Program-made: the position numbers and the translations under genes | Shown: positions 1-8,590 of the stretch, piece after piece | How the letters are laid out: every line of letters starts with the position of its first letter | Position numbering within the stretch: the stretch's first letter is position 1 | Notes under the pieces: model-generated | Told to the model about the DNA's origin: nothing | The model's input: only the letters and a program-made list of their open reading frames with translations | Database searches by the model: none | DNA from: Candidatus Kapaibacterium sp. | Lineage (GTDB): Bacteria; Bacteroidota; Ignavibacteria; Kapaibacteriales; UBA2268 | NCBI GenBank assembly: GCA_963664875.1 | Contig: OY761611.1 | Location: 3,552,001-3,616,000 of the forward strand | Direction of reading: 5' to 3' | Length of the DNA: 64,000 bases

Positions 1-99
1 GGCTGAGGAATTTTTGTTTCTGCATAAAACTATAGATTATTGATACCGTTTTTTTTATATTTGATTATAGCATTTGCCGACTTTGACAGCAAGTGTGAT

Positions 100-107
100 T
101 ATATTTG
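100..107 (+). promoter_or_regulatory. Bacteroidota-type housekeeping promoter -7 element (TATATTTG)
   Basis: Matches TAnnTTTG upstream of the first ORF. Confidence 0.45.
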
Positions 108-169
108 CCCTAAAAAGGCTGATAGTCGGATAGTAATAACAGATGTCTCAAATAAAGAAGAAAAACTTT

Positions 170-514
170 ATGCAGGTGCAGATATTCGGTACAAAAAAAT
201 GTAAAGATTCCGCTAAAGCGGAACGCTTTTTCAAAGAAAGAAACATTCAGGTGCATTTTGTAGATCTTGCACAAAAAGCTATGAGCAAAGGCGAGCTAAA
301 TAATGTCGCTCGATTTGTACCATTAGAAGAATTGATAGATAGAGAAGGCAAACAATTCAAAAAACGCAATCTTGACTATATGGTTTATGAACTCGAAACG
401 GAATTACTCGAAGATCCTTTGCTTTTGAAAACCCCGATAGTTAGATTCAATGGCAAAGCTACCGTAGGCAATGAACCCGAAATCTGGAAAAAATGGATTG
501 AAGAGTCGAAATAA
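170..514 (+). CDS. ArsC/Spx/MgsR family protein
   Basis: QIFGTKKCKDSAKAERFF N-terminus and PLLLKTPIVR motif; start at 170 preferred over 143. Confidence 0.85.
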   Translation: MQVQIFGTKKCKDSAKAERFFKERNIQVHFVDLAQKAMSKGELNNVARFVPLEELIDREGKQFKKRNLDYMVYELETELLEDPLLLKTPIVRFNGKATVGNEPEIWKKWIEESK

Positions 515-2384
515 ACATATAATACCTATTCGTTGGTTCGTTTTGGGCAATACAATGCTTGGGCTGTTTGTATTGCTTTTTTCGTATATAGAAATCACTC
601 AGACTCGCGACGATTTGAAACAAACTGCAGTAGGAGAGGGCAAATCGCTTCTTTACACTATCTCCAATAGTGTCAATCTGGCAATGAAAGCGGCTAACCA
701 GAGCGAAGACAATCTGCATTACCGGCTAAATGCAATGAAAGAGCTGATACTCCTCACTAATTCCACATATTTAGCTCAGGCTGACGAATTTGGGATTGAC
801 AGCGTTTTTATTGCAGATGCAGAGGAGCATTTGCCTGAATCAACCTGGATAACAGACGAGTTCGATGAGGAAATGCAATGGCACTTGTTTCGCTCCGGTG
901 ACAGGGTAGTGCATCTTGGGCTTTGCCGTGCAAAACTCTTAGAATACAGGCGAAACGTTGGTATAGGAAAGATAATGAGAGATTTATCTGCCAATAAAGA
1001 TATAGTTTACTGCGTTCTCCAAGATACTATCGGTATAGTTGCCGCCTCGGAAAATATATTGGAACTTAGCAGAATAAATCATGATGAAATGCTACGAGCT
1101 ACTTGGTTAGACTCCAATTTCAGACACAGAGAGTTTTCTTTTGACGGCACAGAAGTCATAGAATCATTTACTACAATCAGCACTGTCCAAGGCAAATTTT
1201 TACTTCGCTTAGCACTCAGTACCGAAAAATCAATGAATATCTACAGCCGAGCTGTCAACCGCACAGTTCTAATTGCTGTTGGTCTGTTTATTTCCGGCTT
1301 TATTATGATAAATTTCATAATCAGCAGAAGAAAGATACTCAGCTTGGAGGAGCAGCACGACAATCTTCAGAACCACCTAGATTTGATTATGAGTAACATC
1401 ACTGATGCAGTAATCGTGCTGAACAGCGATTTTACCTTTCGCTTTTTTAACAATGCAGCTAAGGAGCTTTTAGCAATAGAAAATAAAAACTGCGTTGGTG
1501 AAAAGTACTCCTCAGTGTTTCCAGATGATATATTCCAAATAAAAAGCGTAGAGTACCCGGGCGGAAAAAGCAGACTAAATGAGATTACATTAAAATTGGG
1601 CAATCAGGAAAAGCATATAGTCTATAGCGTTTCTTTACTCTCTTACCGCAATGAAAATCAAAATATAATAATCATAATCAAAGATATGACAGACATTCGT
1701 GCCTTGAGGGAGAGATTGAGACAGCAGGATAAAATGACTGCAATCGGCCAGCTTGCTGCAGGAGTTGCTCATGAAATACGCAATCCGCTGAGTGCTGTAA
1801 ATATAATAGCTCAGAGATTTGAGCTGGAATTTATTCCTGAAAATGACAAAGAGGAATATATGCAGCTTACCGGCACTGTTCGCAATGAAATTGGCAGAGT
1901 AAATGAAATAATAAAACAGTTTCTCGAATTTGCTAAGCCTACCGCTATTCACAGAAGTAAACGTAACATTTCGGATCTGATGAATAATATTGTCAATTTA
2001 ATCAAACCGCTCTGCGACAAAGGTTCCATAGAAATAGAGACTAAACTAAACAGCATAGAAGCAGAAATTGATTCGGACAAAATGACCCAAGCTATATTGA
2101 ACCTCTGCAATAATGCAATAGAAGCTATGCCCGATGGAGGCAGACTTACGCTCTCGTCATCTGTGCAAAATAATTCTGCAATAATACAAATCGAAGATAC
2201 CGGAATAGGGATACCCGAAGAACATAAAAATAAGATATTCAACTTATACTTTTCTACTAAACAGCATGGCACAGGTCTTGGTCTGAGCATTGTTTATCAA
2301 ATTGTCTCGGAGCACGGAGGCGATATAAAAGTAGAATCCGCACCTCACTCAGGTACAAAGTTTATAATAAATCTGCCTATGTAA
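471..2384 (+). CDS. Membrane sensor histidine kinase (2 TM, PAS, HisKA, HATPase; NtrB-like)
   Basis: H-box AAGVAHEIRNPL, N-box NLCNNAIEAM, G-boxes DTGIGI and GTGLGLSI; true start may be downstream (TTG 498). Confidence 0.9.
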   Translation: MNPKSGKNGLKSRNKHIIPIRWFVLGNTMLGLFVLLFSYIEITQTRDDLKQTAVGEGKSLLYTISNSVNLAMKAANQSEDNLHYRLNAMKELILLTNSTYLAQADEFGIDSVFIADAEEHLPESTWITDEFDEEMQWHLFRSGDRVVHLGLCRAKLLEYRRNVGIGKIMRDLSANKDIVYCVLQDTIGIVAASENILELSRINHDEMLRATWLDSNFRHREFSFDGTEVIESFTTISTVQGKFLLRLALSTEKSMNIYSRAVNRTVLIAVGLFISGFIMINFIISRRKILSLEEQHDNLQNHLDLIMSNITDAVIVLNSDFTFRFFNNAAKELLAIENKNCVGEKYSSVFPDDIFQIKSVEYPGGKSRLNEITLKLGNQEKHIVYSVSLLSYRNENQNIIIIIKDMTDIRALRERLRQQDKMTAIGQLAAGVAHEIRNPLSAVNIIAQRFELEFIPENDKEEYMQLTGTVRNEIGRVNEIIKQFLEFAKPTAIHRSKRNISDLMNNIVNLIKPLCDKGSIEIETKLNSIEAEIDSDKMTQAILNLCNNAIEAMPDGGRLTLSSSVQNNSAIIQIEDTGIGIPEEHKNKIFNLYFSTKQHGTGLGLSIVYQIVSEHGGDIKVESAPHSGTKFIINLPM

Positions 2385-2394
2385 AAAATACTTT

Positions 2395-2420
2395 GAACCT
2401 ACCGGCAAATGCAATGTATA
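2395..2420 (+). promoter_or_regulatory. Candidate ECF-sigma promoter (GAACC...TGTATA; AAC-N16-TGT)
   Basis: AAC/(C/T)GT geometry typical of ECF promoters, directly upstream of the operon that encodes the ECF sigma. Confidence 0.45.
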
Positions 2421-2456
2421 AATAAGCAAGATTAGATACATTGTTTTTCGCAGAAT

Positions 2457-3626
2457 ATGATATCCAAAAAAATATACATAGTTGCTTTATTGCTTTTTCT
2501 CGGCTCAGTGAGTTTATACTCTCAAAAAGCGGAAAAGGTTTATCCGCTTTCCAAAAAGATTCACAGCGTAGAGTGGTTCAAAAAGCAATCAAATTTGTGG
2601 CAACGCAAACTCAATTCTTCACCTGAAGATGCAGAGGCATGGGAAAATTACTACATGGCTGAAAGAATGATACGCCTTATTCAAGATGGCGAAATCAAAC
2701 TCAAAGCTGCTAATTACGACATTTTGAATAACATAGTAGATAGAGCAAGAAAGTACATCGACGGTACTTATCAATTCTACTATATCAGTTATCTGAATGC
2801 AGGTACCAATTTTATAGACAAAAATTTATTAGATAAAGCATACAGACTAAACCCTGAGAAAACTGAAATACTTGAGGGCTATATATGCTACTACGAATTT
2901 GTACGCGATACAGGCCAGGTAGCTATTTATGCAAGGAAATGGTATGACTCTCAGGATATTTCGCCTGGCATACTTGCCTATAACTACAATTTGCTAATGT
3001 CTCTTGATTCTAATGCCATACTTTTTACGTCAGGAGATAACGATACTTATCCTATATGGCTACTGCAGTATGCAAAAAATTTCAGAAGAGACGTAACTGT
3101 AATAAATATTTCTCTTGCTTCTAAGACTTCTTATATTGCTGAGATTACTAAAGAACGAAAGATAAGCGCTTACAAAAAAGGTCCTTACAACTTTAATAAT
3201 TATAATGACTATGTAGCAGACCTAATTAGCCACTTTGCGAAATCGGCACGGAAGCAGCCTGTTTACGTTTCTGCTACTTTGCCTAAAGCAATTTTGAAAA
3301 GTTTTTATACTAAGTTGTATATCGAAGGTTTGGCTTTCAGAGTCAGCGAAAAAAAATATAACAACTACGCTGTACTCAGAAAAAATTACGAAAACAGATT
3401 TATTACTGATTATCTGAAAGTTGGAATGCAAAACGACCCGAGTCAGTCTGTTCTCGATAAGCTAAACTATAATTATATTTTCCCTTTGATCAAGCTATAC
3501 GAACTGTACGGAAAAAGTAATTCGAAAATTCAGGCAGCAAACCTGAAAGATATTATTTTGAATATCGCAGGAAGAAGCGGATTCAAAAACGAAATTGCAT
3601 CAATTATTGAAACTCTCGATAACTAA
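2457..3626 (+). CDS. Exported protein with helical/TPR-like N-terminus and a segment resembling the soluble C-terminal region of DUF2723 proteins
   Basis: Signal peptide; motif NAILFTSGDNDTYPIWLLQ...RRDVTVINISL. Confidence 0.6.
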   Translation: MISKKIYIVALLLFLGSVSLYSQKAEKVYPLSKKIHSVEWFKKQSNLWQRKLNSSPEDAEAWENYYMAERMIRLIQDGEIKLKAANYDILNNIVDRARKYIDGTYQFYYISYLNAGTNFIDKNLLDKAYRLNPEKTEILEGYICYYEFVRDTGQVAIYARKWYDSQDISPGILAYNYNLLMSLDSNAILFTSGDNDTYPIWLLQYAKNFRRDVTVINISLASKTSYIAEITKERKISAYKKGPYNFNNYNDYVADLISHFAKSARKQPVYVSATLPKAILKSFYTKLYIEGLAFRVSEKKYNNYAVLRKNYENRFITDYLKVGMQNDPSQSVLDKLNYNYIFPLIKLYELYGKSNSKIQAANLKDIILNIAGRSGFKNEIASIIETLDN

Positions 3627-3649
3627 GGCTTGGAAATAAATATACTTTT

Positions 3650-4237
3650 ATGTTGCTTGGAAGAAAAAAATATAAAGAACTCAGTGACGAAGTGCTGATG
3701 ACTTATGTCCAAAAAGGTGAAAAGCAAGCCTTTGATGAGATATACAACAGATACAGCAGCAAATTGCTGTACTACCTTTATCGTATGCTCAATAGAGACG
3801 AAGAAAAAGCACAGGACATACTGCATGATTTATTTATAAAAGTGGTAGATCGACCTGAGCTGTTCGACACAAGCAAGAAATTTTCAACTTGGATATATAC
3901 TATCGCAACCAATCTATGCAAAAACGAATACAGAAGCCAAAATGTCAGAAGCATAGTAACAAAAGTTGATGACCCGGAAGTATTTGGCGGAGAATCCGAA
4001 AGATCTTCTTCATCTGTGGATTATGCCATTTTTATGCAAAGATTGGAAGAGGAACTAAGCACCCTGAGCGAACAGCATAGGGAAGTGTTTATGCTCCGTT
4101 TTCAGGGGGATATGTCCCTGAAAGAAATTAGTGATGTGATAGGTTGCCCGGAAGGCACTGTCAAATCAAGACTGTTTTATACCTTGAAAAAACTATCGAC
4201 AAATATGTCAGAATTTAAAGAGCTTTTAAAAAATTAG
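3650..4237 (+). CDS. ECF RNA polymerase sigma-70 factor
   Basis: Region 2 AQDILHDLF..FSTWIYTIATN; region 4 SLKEISDVIGCPEGTVKSRLFY. Confidence 0.95.
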   Translation: MLLGRKKYKELSDEVLMTYVQKGEKQAFDEIYNRYSSKLLYYLYRMLNRDEEKAQDILHDLFIKVVDRPELFDTSKKFSTWIYTIATNLCKNEYRSQNVRSIVTKVDDPEVFGGESERSSSSVDYAIFMQRLEEELSTLSEQHREVFMLRFQGDMSLKEISDVIGCPEGTVKSRLFYTLKKLSTNMSEFKELLKN

Positions 4238-4248
4238 CAGGTGATTTA

Positions 4249-4797
4249 ATGTTAGAAAACAACACCCCGGAAATCGTTTTCGATTTAGCAATGCAAGGGC
4301 GATTCAAATCTCTCAGTCCTGAGCAGCAGCAAATGGTAAGTAATTATCTTTCTGAGCAGGAATTTGATAATATCTATTTACTAAGTAGCAATCTGAATAC
4401 AGTTTTTGTAAAAGATGTAGCGGGTATAAAACCAAATCCGCAGATTAGAGCAGAATTGCTTTCTAAATTCCCGGCTAAGCAGTGGAATTTTGATATACTC
4501 AAAAACTTATTCAACTACAAAATACCGGTTTACCGATTTGCACTTGGTGCAGCAGCAGCCTATGTTGCATTGTTCATCATCACACCGATGTTCAAACAGT
4601 CAAACCAGATAGAAATGGCAGGCAACAATCAGACTGTGGCAATCCAAAAGGTAGAATCAGCCAATAAACTAAAATCGATAGACGAGATTTATTTAAATGG
4701 CGGTACAGGAGTTTCTATAGACGAATCTGATATTTTCACAGGTGCTTCTCTTGCCGATGATGCGCTGCTAAAGAAAGTGTTGGAAATAAGAAATTAG
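4249..4797 (+). CDS. Putative single-TM anti-sigma factor
   Basis: 11 bp after the ECF gene; central TM (FALGAAAAYVALFIITPM). Confidence 0.6.
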   Translation: MLENNTPEIVFDLAMQGRFKSLSPEQQQMVSNYLSEQEFDNIYLLSSNLNTVFVKDVAGIKPNPQIRAELLSKFPAKQWNFDILKNLFNYKIPVYRFALGAAAAYVALFIITPMFKQSNQIEMAGNNQTVAIQKVESANKLKSIDEIYLNGGTGVSIDESDIFTGASLADDALLKKVLEIRN

Positions 4798-4880
4798 TCG
4801 TCGATAAGAGTTCAATTATTCTCAGACTTTCAGCTTAACCTGCTAAATTAAGCTTAGAAAACGATTACAGATATAAAATG

Positions 4881-4914
4881 AGACACATCTTTTGTGAGGT
4901 GTGTCTTTTTTTTT
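4881..4914 (+). terminator. Intrinsic terminator
   Basis: AGACACATCT/AGGTGTGTCT stem followed by a T-run. Confidence 0.8.
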
Positions 4915-4950
4915 GCGAGAGCTTCAAAATTTTCGATTTTCGGTTATAAG

Positions 4951-5349
4951 AGGCTTATCCCAAATCCATAATACAAACTTGCGTTTGTGACAAAAAGAAG
5001 CTAACTGTTAGTCTATTTTTTTCTTTATAAATATCATTTAGTCGAAAAAATATATATGATATCATAGTAAATAGTCCGTGTATTGCCTATATATATTGCA
5101 TCTGCACTCCATAATATAGAGATTTGTTTTCAGTAACTCCTTAATTGGATGTGCATCTTATGCTTAAACACTAGATGAGGAGAGGAGACAAAGCGTTCTT
5201 TTTTCTTTTTCTTTGGTTTCCGTTTCTTTTTTATCGCAAAAAAAAGAAAAAGAAATGGAAAAAGTAACACCATTCTCTTATTTATATCACCTGTAAGGAA
5301 AGTCTTGCCGCCCTTACAGGGCTCTGTTTACTCAATACTTGCAACCGTC
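4951..5349. repeat. Dispersed ~400-bp non-coding repeat, copy A (copy B at 54942-55364)
   Basis: Colinear high similarity to copy B by eye; ends in a GCCC-TTAC-AGGGC hairpin like the HUH-gene flanks. Confidence 0.9.
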
Positions 5350-5365
5350 TCTCATTCTCCCTAAA

Positions 5366-6319
5366 TCATGCATTTTTGAAGCCAAGTTTTATAAACAAAT
5401 TCCTGATTTTTGGTTCTACCCAAACTGAAAAGACTGCAAGAAGACTGCCTGCCAACACATCAACTACGTAATGGTATCTCAGATAAATTGTAGCAAAAAT
5501 AAGAGAGGAGCCTATCACTAATAAGGGGTATTTGAATTTTGATTTGTATTTGAATGCAAGTATCATAGTTACAAGTGTGATCCAAGTATGCCCGCTTGGC
5601 ATACAGTCACGATTTACCTGAATGGCTGCCGCTATGGTAGGGTCTGTAATTCCTCCGCCCTGATTGACAAAATTGCGGATAGAGTCTGTGAAAAACAAAC
5701 CGGGTAGTTCGGTTGCGATGGAATTGAATTCGTGGACACTAAACCGAGGTCCGATGGCAGGCATTGCAAGGTAGCAAATGTATGATAAATAAAAAGAAAA
5801 CATCACCATTCGCACAAACTCATCGAAACGGGCACTATCTTTTCGTTTATGCAATTCGATACCGAGTACAATTGGAATCCAGAAAAACAGATAATAGCAT
5901 ATTTGAAGATATTCAGTTAGAATTGGGCTTGCAATTACAGAAATCCATTCAGTCGGGTTTACGCCAAATATTGAATAATCCCATTGCTTAAGTACTTCAT
6001 CATAATCGTGAGGATTGATGACTGATATATAGACCTGTACCTGACTGTAAATAAGGTAAACTATAGGAATTACAAGCAGCCGCCTTAGCAAAAAGAAAAT
6101 CCTTCCGGCACTAAACTTTGACACAAGCACTGCCATTGCTACAATGCCGACTCCTATCACGAAATTTAAAAACAACTGATTGGCTACATTGGGGATACTA
6201 CTATAAAATATCAAACTAAGAACGGAATAAAGCATTAGCATGGAAACAGTATATATTTCAGGCATTGAAAAATACTCTTTTAACTTAAATCTGCTGATTG
6301 GTTCTTTAGTTTGTCCCAT
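5366..6319 (-). CDS. PAP2-superfamily membrane phosphotransferase (Aur1/IPC-synthase-like)
   Basis: PAIGP, DCMPSGH and LRYHYVVDVLAG motifs; multiple TM helices. Confidence 0.8.
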   Translation of the reverse strand: MGQTKEPISRFKLKEYFSMPEIYTVSMLMLYSVLSLIFYSSIPNVANQLFLNFVIGVGIVAMAVLVSKFSAGRIFFLLRRLLVIPIVYLIYSQVQVYISVINPHDYDEVLKQWDYSIFGVNPTEWISVIASPILTEYLQICYYLFFWIPIVLGIELHKRKDSARFDEFVRMVMFSFYLSYICYLAMPAIGPRFSVHEFNSIATELPGLFFTDSIRNFVNQGGGITDPTIAAAIQVNRDCMPSGHTWITLVTMILAFKYKSKFKYPLLVIGSSLIFATIYLRYHYVVDVLAGSLLAVFSVWVEPKIRNLFIKLGFKNA

Positions 6320-6326
6320 TTATAAT

Positions 6327-7124
6327 TTATCCTTTAATGATGTCATATAGTCTTATAAAATCGCTCACACTCAGAGCTTCCGGTCGCAAATTCATAAATT
6401 CAGCAAGATTTGGAAAATCTGATGTGTTTATTCCGTGTTGATTAAAATATGGAGAAAGTGAGTTGGAAAGCATTTTACGTCTCTGATTGAAACCTGCACG
6501 CACCAGCTTCATTAAACCGCTGAAATCTTCACATAAAGCCACTTCTCTTAACATAATTTCTATAACGGCAGAATTTACCTTAGGTTTCGGAAAAAAGCAA
6601 CCAGGGGGTATTTCTAAGGCAATTTTTGACTCGCCTACAATTCCTGCGGCAACGGAAAGAATCCCGTAAGTTTTACTTCCTTCTTTAGCGGCTACTCTCT
6701 GAGCAACTTCTTTTTGAACGGTAAGTACACTTTTGGAAAAGAGCTTATAATTTTCAAATATTCTGAAAAAAATCTGGCTCGATATATTGTATGGGATATT
6801 ACCCACAATTTTGATTCTTTCACTGCTGTAAGAGCTGACAAATTCTTTTAAATCTATTCTCAAAAAGTCGCTGAGTACCACTTCAAAATTTGGGAATCTG
6901 TCTTTGGGGTACTTTTCCTGAAGCAAATTAACAGCTCGGCTGTCCACATCGATTCCTATTACCTTTGCACCGGAACTTATCAGATAATCAGTCAGAGCAC
7001 CCGGGCCGGGACCAATTTCAATAATAATTTCTTCGGGTTGCGGGTCAATGATTTGCACGATTTTTTCTAATTTCTTTTTATCCTGCAAAAAATTTTGCCC
7101 AAGAGACTTTTTGGGAGTTATCAT
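6327..7124 (-). CDS. rsmA: 16S rRNA m6,2A1518/1519 dimethyltransferase
   Basis: KKSLGQNFL, EIGPGPGALT, VGNIPYNIS, FNQRRKML. Confidence 0.97.
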   Translation of the reverse strand: MITPKKSLGQNFLQDKKKLEKIVQIIDPQPEEIIIEIGPGPGALTDYLISSGAKVIGIDVDSRAVNLLQEKYPKDRFPNFEVVLSDFLRIDLKEFVSSYSSERIKIVGNIPYNISSQIFFRIFENYKLFSKSVLTVQKEVAQRVAAKEGSKTYGILSVAAGIVGESKIALEIPPGCFFPKPKVNSAVIEIMLREVALCEDFSGLMKLVRAGFNQRRKMLSNSLSPYFNQHGINTSDFPNLAEFMNLRPEALSVSDFIRLYDIIKG

Positions 7125-7630
7125 ACTTTTAATAGTTCTTCTTTAATTTTCAAATACGAATCATCTAAAGATTCAGATACCACTTTTATATCGGCAAGAG
7201 TAGCTGTAAAGCTTGTATCGCCGTTCCAACGCGGCAATACGTGGAAATGAATATGACCGGGGAAACCTGCCCCGGCGGCTCTGCCAATATTAAGCCCTAT
7301 ATTAAATCCATCGGGAGAGTATAGCGAAGTCAATACTTTTACAAGTTTTCTGATAACAATATTGATTTCTAAAAGCTCTGCATCGCTCAGTTCCGTAAAA
7401 TCTCCGATATGCCTGTAGGGCGAAACGAGGAGATGTCCGTTATTGTAAGGGTATCGGTTCATAATAACATAGCAATGCTCATATCTTTCTATTATCAAAA
7501 ACTCCCTGTCATGCTCGCCTTGCGGGTGCTTAGCAGCCAAACAAAGAAAACATTCTTTTTCCAAAGGGTCTTTCTCATCTTTAAAGGAGCCTATGTATTT
7601 CGAACGCCAAGGCGACCAAAGCTGTTCCAT
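7121..7630 (-). CDS. HIT family hydrolase (Ap4A phosphorylase-like)
   Basis: LWSPWR N-terminus, NRYPYNNGH, HIHFH triad. Confidence 0.92.
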   Translation of the reverse strand: MEQLWSPWRSKYIGSFKDEKDPLEKECFLCLAAKHPQGEHDREFLIIERYEHCYVIMNRYPYNNGHLLVSPYRHIGDFTELSDAELLEINIVIRKLVKVLTSLYSPDGFNIGLNIGRAAGAGFPGHIHFHVLPRWNGDTSFTATLADIKVVSESLDDSYLKIKEELLKV

Positions 7631-7720
7631 ACTATATTTTTTCCCAAAGTAAAAAAATAATAAAAAAAAGCACTGACCTCAAGAAAAGAAAGTCAGCGCT
7701 AATATTTTTCTTAAAACAAT

Positions 7721-8578
7721 TTAGAGTACAAATCTTATGTCAATTTGTGCCTGAAGAGTGTGTACTCTCCAATCAACTCCGCTTGACAATTTGGTAATAC
7801 CGTAGTTATAAAATACGCCCGGTACCACGTAGAGACCTTTCATGCTGTATTCGTACTGCATACCGAATTTAAGACCTAAGCGGAAAGCAGAACCACCCGG
7901 AATATCATCATCATAAACAACGATAGTCCTTCGGTCATTTTCGTACCTTACAACGCTATAACCTGCAGCTTCTAAATCTTTTTCGATAAACTGTACGTTA
8001 TCAGGTTTCAAAATGTTAAGTCTTTGCTCTCTTGTACTTGACATCGAAAAATCAAAAGTAGGACCTACAGCAATACCTAAGCCCTGAGCAAAGTTGAATT
8101 TGTACATCAATTCGCCTGTGATAGCAGAATAATCAGCAAGAAGTTCATTTTCAGTTTGGTAGTCAACTTCAGCACCGGTTACTTTGTCGCGAACAGGCAA
8201 TACGGTATTGGCTACAGTCATTCTCCCCGGCATTACGTTATAAAGCACTCTACCAATTATAGAAGAAGTAGAATTTTTAACATCGCCTAGTAAATACTCC
8301 ATAGAAATACCAAAGAAATATCCGGCATCAGAACCTGAATTAAACTTTGGACAAAATAAGCTATCTGAAGGCTTTTCAGAAAACGACTGATACTCAAGGT
8401 TATGGCTAACCTGATTAAATCCGAAAACAGGTCCGATATAAAGCTTTAACGGATCTTTTCTAAGTGTAAGCGGATTCAGATCGAAATCTACGTCATCTCT
8501 ATTTTCTTGGGCAAATAGAGAGATAGAAGAAAAAAGAAAGAGAGCAAATATTGCTTGTAAGAGTAGCCCTTTTTTCAT
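7721..8578 (-). CDS. Outer-membrane beta-barrel protein (porin-like)
   Basis: Signal peptide, alternating beta strands, C-terminal IDIRFVL. Confidence 0.65.
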   Translation of the reverse strand: MKKGLLLQAIFALFLFSSISLFAQENRDDVDFDLNPLTLRKDPLKLYIGPVFGFNQVSHNLEYQSFSEKPSDSLFCPKFNSGSDAGYFFGISMEYLLGDVKNSTSSIIGRVLYNVMPGRMTVANTVLPVRDKVTGAEVDYQTENELLADYSAITGELMYKFNFAQGLGIAVGPTFDFSMSSTREQRLNILKPDNVQFIEKDLEAAGYSVVRYENDRRTIVVYDDDIPGGSAFRLGLKFGMQYEYSMKGLYVVPGVFYNYGITKLSSGVDWRVHTLQAQIDIRFVL

Positions 8579-8590
8579 AATCTACACCCA

